From positions 3,120,001 through 3,152,000 of the forward strand of contig NC_017080.1 of the NCBI RefSeq assembly GCF_000284115.1: a DNA stretch of 32,000 nt, written 5' to 3'. Origin of the DNA: Phycisphaera mikurensis NBRC 102666. Lineage in GTDB: Bacteria > Planctomycetota > Phycisphaerae > Phycisphaerales > Phycisphaeraceae. A program made the translations under genes and the position numbers. This document shows positions 8,669 to 18,280 of the stretch, piece after piece (position 1 is the first letter of the stretch; each line of letters starts with the position of its first letter). The notes under the pieces were generated by a model. It was given only the letters and a program-made list of their open reading frames with translations, was not told the DNA's origin and did no database searches.

Positions 8669-10219
8669 TCAAGCGAGCACGGCGGCCAGCTGGCCCTCGA
8701 CACCCGGTGCCGGCAGCGAACTCTCCCCCATCAGCCGCGTGTCGATCGCCCGCGCGGCGCCGCGACCCTCGGCGATGGCCCAGACGATCAGGCTCGCGCC
8801 GCGCCGGACGTCGCCGGCGGCGTAGACCTTCTCCACGCCCGTGCGGTAGCCGTCCTCCTCGGTGGCGATGCTGCCGTCGGCCGCGGTCTGCAGGCCGAAT
8901 CCATCCAGCAGCGCCGGCGTGTCGTGACCGGTGAAGCCGATCGAGAGCAGCACGAGGTCGGCCCGGAGCCGCTCGATCTCGCCGGTCGGGGTCGACTTCC
9001 AGCGGCCGTCGACTCTCTCCCAACGCAGCTTCTCGACCTCGACGAAGCCGACCCGCGAGGGGTCGTCGTCGCGGGCGACGAAGCCCTTGGGCAGCAAGCC
9101 GTAGCGCCGCGGATCCTGCTCGAACTGCGCCGAGCCTTCGGCGTGGCCGTAGTCGACGTAGAAGGTGCCGGTGGGTCCGGGCCAGGGGTGGTCCTCGTCG
9201 CGCTCGTCGGGCTCGCGTTCGCGACGCGTGATGTTCGTCACGCTCGCGGCGCCGTGCCGGATGGCGGTGCCGATGCAGTCGGTGCCGGTGTCGCCGCCGC
9301 CGATGACCACGACGTGCTTGCCTTCGGCGGAGAGGTAGTCGCCGTCGGCGAGGCCCGAGTCCAGCAGCGACTTGGTGTTGCGCCAGAGGAACGTCATCGC
9401 CTTCTCGACGCCCCCGAGTGAGCGACCGGGCAGGCCCGCGAGGTCGCGGCCCTTGAGCGCCCCGCAGGCGAGCAGCACGGCGTCGTAGTCGTCGATGAGG
9501 CGCTGCGGGTCGACGTTGCGGATCTCCGGGCCCGCCCCCGTGCCGAAGTCGCTCTGCGAGCCGCCGACGTTCGCGTGGGTGATGAAGGTGATGCCCGCCT
9601 GCCGCAGGAGGTCGACCCGCCGCTCGACGATCTTCTTCTCGAGCTTCATGTTGGGCACGCCGTACATGAGCAGCCCGCCGATGCGGTCGTCCCGCTCGTA
9701 CACCGTGACGTGGTGGCCGGCCTTGTTGAGCTGGTCGGCGGCGGCGAGGCCCGCCGGGCCCGAGCCGACGATGGCCACCGTCTTGCCGGTCCGTGCTTCG
9801 GGGGTGTTCGGGGTGACCCACCCCTCATCGAAGGCCCGGTCGATGATGGAGCACTCGATGCTCTTGATCGTCACCGGGCTCGCGTTGATGCCCAGGACGC
9901 AGGCCGACTCGCACGGTGCCGGGCAGATCCGCCCGGTGAACTCCGGGAAGTTGTTGGTCATCGTCAGACGCAGGTACGCCTCGTGCCACCGCTCGCGGTA
10001 GACCAGGTCGTTCCACTCGGGGATCTGGTTGTCGATCGGGCAGCCCGACTCGCTCTGGCAGAAGGGCACGCCGCAGTCCATGCAGCGGGCCCCCTGGTCC
10101 ATGAGCGTCTGGTCGTCGTGCCGCGCGTAGATCTCGTGGAAATCGCCGATGCGCAGCAGCGGATCCCTCGCGGGCATCGGCTGGCGCTCGTACTGCATGA
10201 ATCCGTTGGGTTGGCCCAT
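8669..10219 (-). CDS. gltD: Glutamate synthase (NADPH) small subunit
   Basis: ARCMDCGVPFCQSESGCPIDNQIPEWNDLVY, GKTVAIVGSGPAGLAAADQLNKAGHHVTVYERDDRIGGLLMYGVPNMKL, VVVIGGGDTGTDCIGTAIRHGA, VYAAGDVRRGASLIVWAIAEGR. Start at ATG 10219. Confidence 0.96.
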   Translation of the reverse strand: MGQPNGFMQYERQPMPARDPLLRIGDFHEIYARHDDQTLMDQGARCMDCGVPFCQSESGCPIDNQIPEWNDLVYRERWHEAYLRLTMTNNFPEFTGRICPAPCESACVLGINASPVTIKSIECSIIDRAFDEGWVTPNTPEARTGKTVAIVGSGPAGLAAADQLNKAGHHVTVYERDDRIGGLLMYGVPNMKLEKKIVERRVDLLRQAGITFITHANVGGSQSDFGTGAGPEIRNVDPQRLIDDYDAVLLACGALKGRDLAGLPGRSLGGVEKAMTFLWRNTKSLLDSGLADGDYLSAEGKHVVVIGGGDTGTDCIGTAIRHGAASVTNITRREREPDERDEDHPWPGPTGTFYVDYGHAEGSAQFEQDPRRYGLLPKGFVARDDDPSRVGFVEVEKLRWERVDGRWKSTPTGEIERLRADLVLLSIGFTGHDTPALLDGFGLQTAADGSIATEEDGYRTGVEKVYAAGDVRRGASLIVWAIAEGRGAARAIDTRLMGESSLPAPGVEGQLAAVLA

Positions 10220-10224
10220 AGAGC

Positions 10225-10245
10225 GGGGGGGGGTTGGGGGGGGGG
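10225..10245 (-). other. Homopolymeric C10-AA-C9 tract (minus strand), 5 nt upstream of the gltD ATG
   Basis: + strand reads G9 TT G10 between the octamer element and the gltD start codon. Confidence 0.9.
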
Positions 10246-10248
10246 CAG

Positions 10249-10528
10249 GAGCAAGCGAAGAAGCGAGGAAGCGAAGAAGCGGAGAAGTCAGGCAACGCAG
10301 CGGCAAAGCCGCTCGCTCCGAGAGGACCACGATCGCAAGCCTCCACCCGCAGTCTTCTCCAGATCGTCACTTCGCCGCTTCTTCACTTCTTCACTTCTTC
10401 GCTTCTTCGCTTCTTCACTTCTTCACTTCTTCACTTCTTCACTTCTTCGCTTCTTCGCTTCTTCGCTTCTCCGCTTCTTCGCTTCTTCGCTTCTCCGCTT
10501 CTCCGCTTCTCCGCTTCTCCGCTTCTCC
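10249..10528. repeat. Octameric purine/pyrimidine inverted-repeat element (locus 2) filling the gltB-gltD gap
   Basis: Purine arm GAGCAAGC GAAGAAGC GAGGAAGC GAAGAAGC GGAGAAGT (10249-10288); mini-hairpin AGCGGCAAAGCCGCT (10299-10313); pyrimidine arm of 19 in-phase octamers [GA]CTTCT[TC]C (10377-10528). Confidence 0.92.
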
Positions 10529-10530
10529 GC

Positions 10531-13500
10531 TCATCCCAGCCCCAACTCGAGCGCGCCCGGCTGATTCTCCACCGCCGTCGCCCGCTTCTGCCGCTCGAGC
10601 ACCCGGCGGTAGTCGATGGGCATCACCTTCTTGAAGAGCTTCACGCTCTTCTCCCAGTTCTGCAGCACCTTGTCGGCGACGGCGGAGCCGGTGAGGCGGG
10701 CGTGCTCGACGATGAGGTGCTGGAGCTCCTCGGCGTCGCCGAGGGCGTCGGGGCCGTCGATGCGTTCGAGCTCCACCATGCCGAGGTTGCAGTGCTGGAG
10801 CAGCGTGTCGTCGCGGTCGAGCACGTAGGCGATGCCGCCGGACATGCCGGCCGCGAAGTTGCGGCCGACCCCGCCGAGGATGACGGCCCGGCCGCCGGTC
10901 ATGTACTCGCAGCCGTGGTCCCCGACGCCCTCGACCACCGCCAAAGCCCCGGAGTTGCGGACGCAGAAGCGCTCGGCCGCCACGCCGCGGAAGTAGGCCT
11001 CGCCGGAGGTCGCCCCGTAGAGCGCCACGTTGCCGATGAGGATGTTGTCCTCGGCCTTGAAGCCCGAGGCGGCCGGCGGCTTGACCACGATGCGGCCGCC
11101 GGAGAGCCCCTTGCCGACGTAGTCGTTCGCGTCGCCGGTGACGGTGATCGACACGCCGCGGGTGAGCCACGCGCCCAGGCTCTGGCCCGCGGAGCCGCGG
11201 AGCCGCACGTCGATGGTGTGCGGCGGCAGGCCGCCGGCGCCGTGGCGCTTGCTGACCTCCCAGGAGAGCATCGTGCCCACGGTCCGGTTGAGGTTGGTCA
11301 CCGGCAGCTCGATGCTCACCGGCGTCTGGTGCTCGAGCGCCGGCATCGCCTCGGCGATGAGCCGGTTGTCGATGTGGCCCTCGACGCCGTGGTCCTGGCC
11401 CTCGCACTTGAACGCCTTCGCGTCGGCACGCGGGCCCTTCGCCGGGAGCAGCAGCGCGGAGAGGTCCAGGCCGTGGGCCTTCCACGCGTCGACGGCCGCC
11501 CGGGTGCGGAGCAGCTCAACGCGGCCGACGAGCTCCTCGATCGTCCGCACGCCCATCTTGGCCATGTAGCCGCGGGCTTCCTCGGCGACGAGGAAGAGGT
11601 AGTTGAGCACGTGCTCGGGCGTGCCGTTGAACTTCGCCCGCAGGTCGGGGTCCTGCGTGCAGACCCCGACCGGGCAGGTGTTCAGGTGGCACTTGCGCAT
11701 CATGATGCAGCCCATCGTGATCATCGGGGCGGTCGAGAAGCCGAACTCCTCGGCCCCCAAGCACGCGGCGATGACCACGTCGCGGCCGGTCTTGAAGCCG
11801 CCGTCGGTTTCGAGCGAGACGCGGGAGCGGAGCCCGTTGAGCACCAGCGTCTGGTGCGCCTCGGCCAGCCCCAGCTCCCAGGGCAACCCGGCGTGCTTGA
11901 TGCTGGTGAGCGGGCTGGCCCCCGTGCCGCCGTCGGCGCCGGAGATGAGGATGTGGTCCGCCTTGGCCTTGGCCACGCCCGCGGCCACGGTGCCCACGCC
12001 CACCTCGGCGACGAGCTTGACGCTCACGTCGGCGACGGGGTTGCTGCGCTTGAGGTCGTGGATGAGCTGCGCGAGGTCCTCGATGGAGTAGATGTCGTGG
12101 TGCGGCGGCGGGCTGATGAGGCCCACGCCCGGCGTCGAGTGCCGGATGCCCGCGATGTACGGATCGACCTTGAAGCCGGGCAGCTGCCCGCCCTCGCCGG
12201 GCTTGGCGCCTTGAGCGATCTTGATTTGCAGGCGGTCGGCGTTGGCCAGGTAATGGCTGGTGACGCCGAAGCGGCCCGAGGCGATCTGCTTGATGGCGGA
12301 CCGCTTGCTCTTGACGCTGCCGTCGGGGTACTGGGCGAGCGAGAAGCGCTTCGGGTCCTCGCCGCCCTCGCCGGAGTTGGACAGCCCGCCCACGCGGTTC
12401 ATCGCCAGCGCGAGCGTCTCGTGGGCCTCCTTGGAGAGGGCGCCCAGGGACATGGCGCCGGTGCGGAAACGCTTCACGATCTCCTTGGCGGGCTCGACCT
12501 CGTCGATCGAGATCGCGACCGTGGGCAGGCCGTCCAGCTCGCGCTCCACCACGGCGTGCGGGTCGGGCCGGGCCTCGATCTCTTCGGGCGTCAGGCGGGC
12601 CTGCCCGGGCACGCCGGGCGCGGTGAGCGCTTCGGTGAAGGCCTCGCCGTCGCCGTCGAAGGGCCCGTCTTGCAGGTCGCCGTGGGTCTTCGGCTTGGGC
12701 TCGTCGGCGTAGCGCATCTCCAGCAGGCCGCGGAGCGAGCCCTGGTGCTTCGCGTCGTCGTTGCAGAAGCGGGCGTACTGGTCGTAGGCGACCCGGCTGT
12801 TCGAGCGGCTCGCGGCCTGCAGGCTCGCGACCACCTGCGGGCTCCAGCCGTGCCGCTCGCCGCCGGGCCGCCAGGCGTACTCGCCGGGGTTGGGCAGCTG
12901 GGCGAGGCGCACGAGCTCGCGGCGCGGGAAGCCGATCGCGTGGCGCCGCAGCGACTCCGCGGCGATGACGTCCAACCCGGCTCCGGAGATCCGCGAGGCG
13001 GTGCCGACGAAGGCCCGGTCGATCGTCTCCTGCCCGAGGCCGACGGCCTCGAAGATCTGGGCCCCGTGGTAGCTGGCGAGCGTGGAGATGCCCATCTTGG
13101 ACATCACCTTCTGCAAGCCGAGGCCGATGGATTTCGCGAGGAGCCGCTCGATCTTCTCGTCGGTCAGCGTCTCGTCGAGCACGCCCTCCTCGCGGAGGCC
13201 GCGGATCGCCTGCACCGCGAGGTACGGGTTCACCGCGTCGACGCCGTACCCGAAGAGCGTGGCGAAGTGATGCACCTCGCGGGCCTCGCCCGATTCGAGC
13301 ACGAGTCCGATCCGCGTGCGGCTGTGCGTGCGGACGAGGTGGTGGTGGACGGCGCCGACGGCGAGCAGCGAGGGGATGGCGACCCGATCCGCCGAGACGC
13401 CGCGGTCGGAGAGCACGAGCACGCGCGAGCCCGCGGCGATCGCCGCGTCGGCCTCGTCGCAGAGCCGCTGGAGCGCCGCCCGCAGCGGGTCGCCCGCGGC

Positions 13501-15453
13501 CCGCAGGTCGCCGGGCTCCCCCGCGTTGCCGGCGCCGGCGCGGACGGCGGTCTCGCGGCGGTCCGGCCGCATCGCCTCCTCGTCCTGGGGGTCCGGGCGG
13601 TCGAAGGTGACGTCCAGCGTCGTCGAGGTCCAGCCGCGGGAGCCGGGCCGGCCGTCGAGCTTCTTGATCGAGGCCATCTCGGCGTCGGTGAGCACCGGCT
13701 GGGCGAGGTGCAGCCGGTGGCACTGCGCCGCGGTGGTGTCCAGCAGGTTGCCCTCGGGGCCGACCAGCGCGTCGAGCGCCATGATCAGCGTCTCGCGCAG
13801 CGGGTCGATCGGCGGGTTGGTCACCTGCGCGAAGAGCTGCTTGAAGTAGTCGTAGAGCAGGCGCGGCTGGTCGCTGAGCACGGCCAGCGCGGCGTCGTTG
13901 CCCATCGAACCCAGCGCCTCCTTGGAGTTCTTGCCGGCCGAAACCATCGGCAGCAGCAGCTGGTAGACGTGCTCGGTCGTGTAGCCGAAAGCCTGGAGCA
14001 GGCGGAGCCGCTCCTCGCCGTCGGGTGCCCGCTCGGGCAGCGCCTCGGGCAGGTCGTCCAGCCGGATCTTCTGCTCGCGCAGCCACTGGGCGTAGGGCCG
14101 CTTCTCGGCGATCCCCCGCTTGAGCTCCTCGTCGGGGATGATGCGTCCCTGCTCGAAGTCGACCAGCAGCATCCGCCCCGGCTGGAGCCGTCCCTTCCGG
14201 ACGATCGTCTCGGGCGCGACGTCCACGACGCCGACCTCGCTGGCGAGGATCACCCGGTCGTCGTCGGTCACGTAATACCGAGAGGGCCGCAACCCGTTGC
14301 GGTCGAGCGTGGCGCCGATCGTGCGGCCGTCGGAGAAGCCCACGCTCGCCGGGCCGTCCCAGGGCTCGATGAGGTTCGCGTGGTACTCGTAGAACGCGCG
14401 CTTCTTGAGCCCCATCGACTCGTGGTGCTCCCACGCCTCGGGGATCATCATCATCATCGCCTCGGGCAGCGAACGCCCCGCCATCATCAGCAGCTCGAGC
14501 ACGTTGTCGAAGGTGCCCGAGTCGCTGTTCGCGGGGTTGATGATCGGAAACAGGTCGTCCATGTCGCCGAGCAGCTCGCTGTGGAGCAGCCCCTGCCGGG
14601 CCTCCATCCAGTTGCGGTTGCCGCGGACCGTGTTGATCTCGCCGTTGTGGCACATCCAGCGGCACGGCTGCGCCCGGTCCCAGCTGGGGAAGGTGTTCGT
14701 CGAGAAACGCGAGTGCACCATCGCCAGGTGGCTCTGGTAGTCCTCGTCGCGGAGGTCGGGGAAGTACGCCGGCACCTGCGTCGAGAGCAGCTGGCCCTTG
14801 TAGACCAGCGTCCGGCTCGACAGCGAGCACACGTAGAAGAGGTGGCCGTCGACCATCTCCGAGCCTCCGGCCTCGCACGCTTCGCGGACGCTGCGGACCA
14901 CGCGGCTGCGGAGGCGGAAGAGCGAGCGGTCGAAGGCGTCGCCCCGCTCGTCGGCGTCGAGCGACGCGGGCCGCCGGACGAACAGCTGCTCCATCGCCGG
15001 CTCGGTCCGCAGCGCCGAGGGTCCGATGCCCGCCCCGGCGGCATCGGTGGGGAGCTTCCGCCAGCCCAGAAGCTCGACGCCCTCCGCCTCCGCCGCCCCG
15101 GCGACGAGCGCGCGGCACCGCTCCCGCGTCGCCTCGTCCTGCGGGAAGAAGACGTTGCCGCAGCCGTACGCGCCCGGCTCGGGCAGCTCGATGCCGGCTT
15201 CCGCCTGCGCCACGCGGCGCAGCAGCGTGTGCGGCATCGCGGTGGTGATCCCGGCGCCGTCGCCGGTGTTGTCCTCGCAGCCGCAGGCGCCGCGGTGGTC
15301 CATGCGGGAGAGCATCTCCAGCGCATCGGCAACGATCGCGTGGCTGCGCTTGCCCTTCATGTGGGCGATGAAGCCCATCCCGCAGGCGTCGTGCTCGTAC
15401 GCGGGGTCGTACAGGCCGCGGGCGTCGGGGAGGCTGGAGGGGGCGGTCGTCAT
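10531..15453 (-). CDS. gltB: Glutamate synthase large subunit
   Basis: Class II amidotransferase start YEHDACGMGFIAHMKG; FSTNTFPSWDRAQPCRWMCHNGEINTVRGN; ISGADGGTGASPLTSIKHAG; CIMMRKCHLNTCPVGVCTQDP. ATG at 15453. Confidence 0.97.
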   Translation of the reverse strand: MTTAPSSLPDARGLYDPAYEHDACGMGFIAHMKGKRSHAIVADALEMLSRMDHRGACGCEDNTGDGAGITTAMPHTLLRRVAQAEAGIELPEPGAYGCGNVFFPQDEATRERCRALVAGAAEAEGVELLGWRKLPTDAAGAGIGPSALRTEPAMEQLFVRRPASLDADERGDAFDRSLFRLRSRVVRSVREACEAGGSEMVDGHLFYVCSLSSRTLVYKGQLLSTQVPAYFPDLRDEDYQSHLAMVHSRFSTNTFPSWDRAQPCRWMCHNGEINTVRGNRNWMEARQGLLHSELLGDMDDLFPIINPANSDSGTFDNVLELLMMAGRSLPEAMMMMIPEAWEHHESMGLKKRAFYEYHANLIEPWDGPASVGFSDGRTIGATLDRNGLRPSRYYVTDDDRVILASEVGVVDVAPETIVRKGRLQPGRMLLVDFEQGRIIPDEELKRGIAEKRPYAQWLREQKIRLDDLPEALPERAPDGEERLRLLQAFGYTTEHVYQLLLPMVSAGKNSKEALGSMGNDAALAVLSDQPRLLYDYFKQLFAQVTNPPIDPLRETLIMALDALVGPEGNLLDTTAAQCHRLHLAQPVLTDAEMASIKKLDGRPGSRGWTSTTLDVTFDRPDPQDEEAMRPDRRETAVRAGAGNAGEPGDLRAAGDPLRAALQRLCDEADAAIAAGSRVLVLSDRGVSADRVAIPSLLAVGAVHHHLVRTHSRTRIGLVLESGEAREVHHFATLFGYGVDAVNPYLAVQAIRGLREEGVLDETLTDEKIERLLAKSIGLGLQKVMSKMGISTLASYHGAQIFEAVGLGQETIDRAFVGTASRISGAGLDVIAAESLRRHAIGFPRRELVRLAQLPNPGEYAWRPGGERHGWSPQVVASLQAASRSNSRVAYDQYARFCNDDAKHQGSLRGLLEMRYADEPKPKTHGDLQDGPFDGDGEAFTEALTAPGVPGQARLTPEEIEARPDPHAVVERELDGLPTVAISIDEVEPAKEIVKRFRTGAMSLGALSKEAHETLALAMNRVGGLSNSGEGGEDPKRFSLAQYPDGSVKSKRSAIKQIASGRFGVTSHYLANADRLQIKIAQGAKPGEGGQLPGFKVDPYIAGIRHSTPGVGLISPPPHHDIYSIEDLAQLIHDLKRSNPVADVSVKLVAEVGVGTVAAGVAKAKADHILISGADGGTGASPLTSIKHAGLPWELGLAEAHQTLVLNGLRSRVSLETDGGFKTGRDVVIAACLGAEEFGFSTAPMITMGCIMMRKCHLNTCPVGVCTQDPDLRAKFNGTPEHVLNYLFLVAEEARGYMAKMGVRTIEELVGRVELLRTRAAVDAWKAHGLDLSALLLPAKGPRADAKAFKCEGQDHGVEGHIDNRLIAEAMPALEHQTPVSIELPVTNLNRTVGTMLSWEVSKRHGAGGLPPHTIDVRLRGSAGQSLGAWLTRGVSITVTGDANDYVGKGLSGGRIVVKPPAASGFKAEDNILIGNVALYGATSGEAYFRGVAAERFCVRNSGALAVVEGVGDHGCEYMTGGRAVILGGVGRNFAAGMSGGIAYVLDRDDTLLQHCNLGMVELERIDGPDALGDAEELQHLIVEHARLTGSAVADKVLQNWEKSVKLFKKVMPIDYRRVLERQKRATAVENQPGALELGLG

Positions 15454-15509
15454 GGCGTGGGGCGTCGCGGTGCCGGGCGTGCGCGTGCGGGAGAAGCTTC
15501 GGGGCGGGT

Positions 15510-16538
15510 TCAGGCCAGCGTGGTCGCCGGCCGCTTTCGCGGGAGCGGGAGCGGGAGCGGGCGGCGGCCGCGGACCGCCGCCCGCCCGGGGGACGGGGGC
15601 TCGCGGTCCGCGGCGCTCTCGGCGAGCAGCGCCTCCGCGAAAGCGGTGGCTTCGGGTCGGGCCGTCTTCCCGCGGGGGAAGAGCAAGCCGATGGGCCGGC
15701 AGAGCGGCGGGTTCAGGGCCACGGCGACCAGCGTCCCGGCCTCCAGCTCCGCGGCGCACGGCCGCAGGGGCAGGACCGCGAAGCGGCCGGTGTCGGCCAC
15801 GGCGGCCTTGAGCGTGTCGAGGTTGTCGAAGCGGTGGCCTCCCGTGAACGTCACCCCGGCGGCCTCAAAGTAGGCGTCGGTCGCCCGGCCCACCGGCAGC
15901 TCCGGATCGAAGCGCAGGATCGCGTGGCCGGCGAGGTGCCGCGCGGCCACGGACGCTTCCCGGGCGAGCGCATGCGTGGGCGGGCACACCACCGCCATGG
16001 GTTCCTCCCGCAGCGGCCAGACCCGCATGCCCGCGAAGCCGGCCGGGAACGAGACGACGCCGAAGTCGGCCTCGCCGCCGCGGACCGCGTCCGCCACCCC
16101 CTGCGGCGACGCGTAGTCGATGCGGACCCGGACGCCGCGGGCCGGACCCGACCCGGCGCCGCGGACCGCGCCGCTCCGGACCGCCTCCACGTGGCGGTCC
16201 GCGGCGCCTCCGAGCCAAGCGATCCCGGCCGAGTAGATCGCCGCCACCCGCACCACCGCCGGGCCGGCGTCGGCGTCGAGCGAAGCCGCGACGTCCTCGA
16301 CCAGCCGCTCGTGCGCGGCCAAAAGCGTGCGGCAGCCCTCCGCGTACCGCCGCCCGGGCTCCGTGAGCGCCGGCGGGCGGACGCCGCGGTCCAGCAGCTT
16401 CGCACCGAGCTTCGCCTCCAGCTGCGCCACCCGCTGGCTTGCCGCCGGCTGGGTGACGCCATGCCGCTCCGCCGCGCGCGAGAACGAACGCGTGTCCGCC
16501 ACGTCGAGGAAGAGCCGGAGGTTGGCAAAGTCGTCCAT
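15510..16538 (-). CDS. LysR family transcriptional regulator
   Basis: MDDFANLRLFLDVADTRSFSRAAERHGVTQPAASQRVAQLEAKLGAKLLDR is a classical LysR HTH; substrate-binding region follows. Confidence 0.95.
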   Translation of the reverse strand: MDDFANLRLFLDVADTRSFSRAAERHGVTQPAASQRVAQLEAKLGAKLLDRGVRPPALTEPGRRYAEGCRTLLAAHERLVEDVAASLDADAGPAVVRVAAIYSAGIAWLGGAADRHVEAVRSGAVRGAGSGPARGVRVRIDYASPQGVADAVRGGEADFGVVSFPAGFAGMRVWPLREEPMAVVCPPTHALAREASVAARHLAGHAILRFDPELPVGRATDAYFEAAGVTFTGGHRFDNLDTLKAAVADTGRFAVLPLRPCAAELEAGTLVAVALNPPLCRPIGLLFPRGKTARPEATAFAEALLAESAADREPPSPGRAAVRGRRPLPLPLPRKRPATTLA

Positions 16539-16680
16539 GGGATCAGCTGTACTGATGCTGCGGGAGAGTCCATCAGTGTAGCTGATGAGGCGGCGTAGCC
16601 CGCGGGGTCGGCGGACCGGCACCGCCGCGCCCATCGAAACGCCGGACGCGCTCGATGCGGGGGACGCGGGAGCCCGGCCC

Positions 16681-16705
16681 GCGGGCGGGCGTGTCGCCCG
16701 CCCGC
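16681..16705. other. Perfect 11-bp GC hairpin in the LysR/dacB divergent region
   Basis: GCGGGCGGGCG-TGT-CGCCCGCCCGC; no T-tract follows in either direction. Confidence 0.5.
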
Positions 16706-16777
16706 TCGGATCCCGGCCTGTCCCCCCCGATCCCCCGCCGATCCGGCCCGGCGTGCGGCCGGCTTTATCCTCGCCGC

Positions 16778-18280
16778 GTGCTCAGGACTCCTGCCGCCCT
16801 TCTCGCCACCCTCTTCTGCCTGCCGGCGGCGGCCGACCTGGAGGCGGAGGTGCGGGAGGTGCTCGCGGCGGGCGGGCTCGGGGAGACGGTCGCGGCGGTG
16901 TGCGTCGCCCGGCTGACGCCGGCGGGGCCGGAGGTGATCGTCGACCTGGACGCGGACCGGCCGCTGACGCCCGCTTCGAACATGAAGCTGGTGACCACGG
17001 CGGCCGCGCTGGACCGGCTCGGCCCCGACTTCGCGTTCGAGACGACGCTGTCGGTGGTACCCGCGGCCGCGCCCGGCGGCGACCCCTCGCTGCGGGTGGT
17101 CGGCTCGGGCGACCCGGGCTTCGGCGACCCGGAGCTGCTGCGGGAGGCGGGGTTGGACCCCGAGGACCTCGTCGACCGCTGGGTCGAGGCGGTGAAGCAG
17201 ACCGGCACCCGCCGCTTCGCGTCGCTCCGCGTGGACGACTCGATCTTCGACCGGCAGTTCGTCCACCCCGACTGGCCGGAGGACCAGCTCAACCGCTGGT
17301 ACTGCGCGGAGGTGGCGGGGCTGAACTTCAACGACAACTGCATCGACGTCCTCTATGCGCCGGGGCCGCGTGCCGGCGCCCCGCCGGTGGTGAAGGTGTT
17401 CCCGCTCTACCCGGACCTGCTGGCGATGAGCACCAACCGCGCCCGCACCGGCACGGAGGACGCCTTCTGGGTGTCCCGCGCCGCGGACCGCAACGCCTTC
17501 ACCTTCCGGGGCTCCGTGAAGGACCGGCGGAAGGACCCGGTGTACGTGACCGTCCACGACCCGCCGCTGTTCTTCGCGCGGTACCTCGCTCACAAGCTCG
17601 ACGAAGCGGGCGTGAGCGTCGGCGAGGTCGTGCGCGAGCCGACGGCGCCGGGGGCGGCATCCGGGTCGGCGTCCGAGGCGATCCACCGCGTCCGCAGCAC
17701 GCTCGCGGGGGTGCTGGACCGCACGAACCGCGACTCGCAGAACCTCTTCGCCGAGACGCTGCTCAAGCGGCTGGGCCACGAGGCCTCCGGCGAGCCGGGC
17801 TCCTTCGCCAACGGCGCCGAGGCCGTCCGCGGGTTCCTCGGCCGCGCGATGCCGGGGCTGGACCTCTCGGGCGTGGTGATCGCGGACGGCTCGGGCCTGG
17901 CCAGCACGAACCGCCTGACGGCGCGGCTGCTCGTGGGCGTGCTGGCGCACGCGGCGGAGGCCGAGGCCCCGGCGGCGGAGCTGTACCGGCGGTCGCTGGC
18001 CGAGCTCGGCGAGAGCGGCACGCTCCGGCGGCGCGGGGAGGGCGTGGAGGCCTCCCGCGTCTTCGCCAAGACCGGCTACATCGCGCGGGTCTCCGCCCTG
18101 TCGGGCTACCTGGTGCTGCCCGCCGCCGGGCGTGCGGGCGAGGGCGAGGAGGTGTACGCGTTCTCGATGCTCTTCAACGGCTTCCGGCCGCCGCTGTCCA
18201 ACCGCAGCGTCAAGCGGGTGCAGGACGCCGTGCTGGCCGTGCTCGACGAGCGGCTCTCCGCGGAACCGGCCTCGCGATGA
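16778..18280 (+). CDS. dacB: D-alanyl-D-alanine carboxypeptidase/endopeptidase (PBP4 family)
   Basis: TPASNMKLVTTAAALDRLG (SxxK), DDSIFDRQFVHPDWPEDQLNRWYCAEVAGLNFNDNC, DRNSQNLFAETLLKRLG, VIADGSGLASTNRLT, FAKTGYIARVSALSGYL. GTG start proposed. Confidence 0.9.
   Translation: MLRTPAALLATLFCLPAAADLEAEVREVLAAGGLGETVAAVCVARLTPAGPEVIVDLDADRPLTPASNMKLVTTAAALDRLGPDFAFETTLSVVPAAAPGGDPSLRVVGSGDPGFGDPELLREAGLDPEDLVDRWVEAVKQTGTRRFASLRVDDSIFDRQFVHPDWPEDQLNRWYCAEVAGLNFNDNCIDVLYAPGPRAGAPPVVKVFPLYPDLLAMSTNRARTGTEDAFWVSRAADRNAFTFRGSVKDRRKDPVYVTVHDPPLFFARYLAHKLDEAGVSVGEVVREPTAPGAASGSASEAIHRVRSTLAGVLDRTNRDSQNLFAETLLKRLGHEASGEPGSFANGAEAVRGFLGRAMPGLDLSGVVIADGSGLASTNRLTARLLVGVLAHAAEAEAPAAELYRRSLAELGESGTLRRRGEGVEASRVFAKTGYIARVSALSGYLVLPAAGRAGEGEEVYAFSMLFNGFRPPLSNRSVKRVQDAVLAVLDERLSAEPASR

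Noticed and set aside
10234-10560. ORF segments with SLLHFFTSSLLRFFAS / EEAEKRRSG repeats
   Set aside because: Translated octamer array; spurious extensions of gltB/gltD frames.
10234-15873. 1879-aa plus-strand ORF antisense to gltB
   Set aside because: Typical high-GC antisense open frame (Arg/Ala/Gly/His/Val-rich, no domain), opposite a fully convincing gltB.
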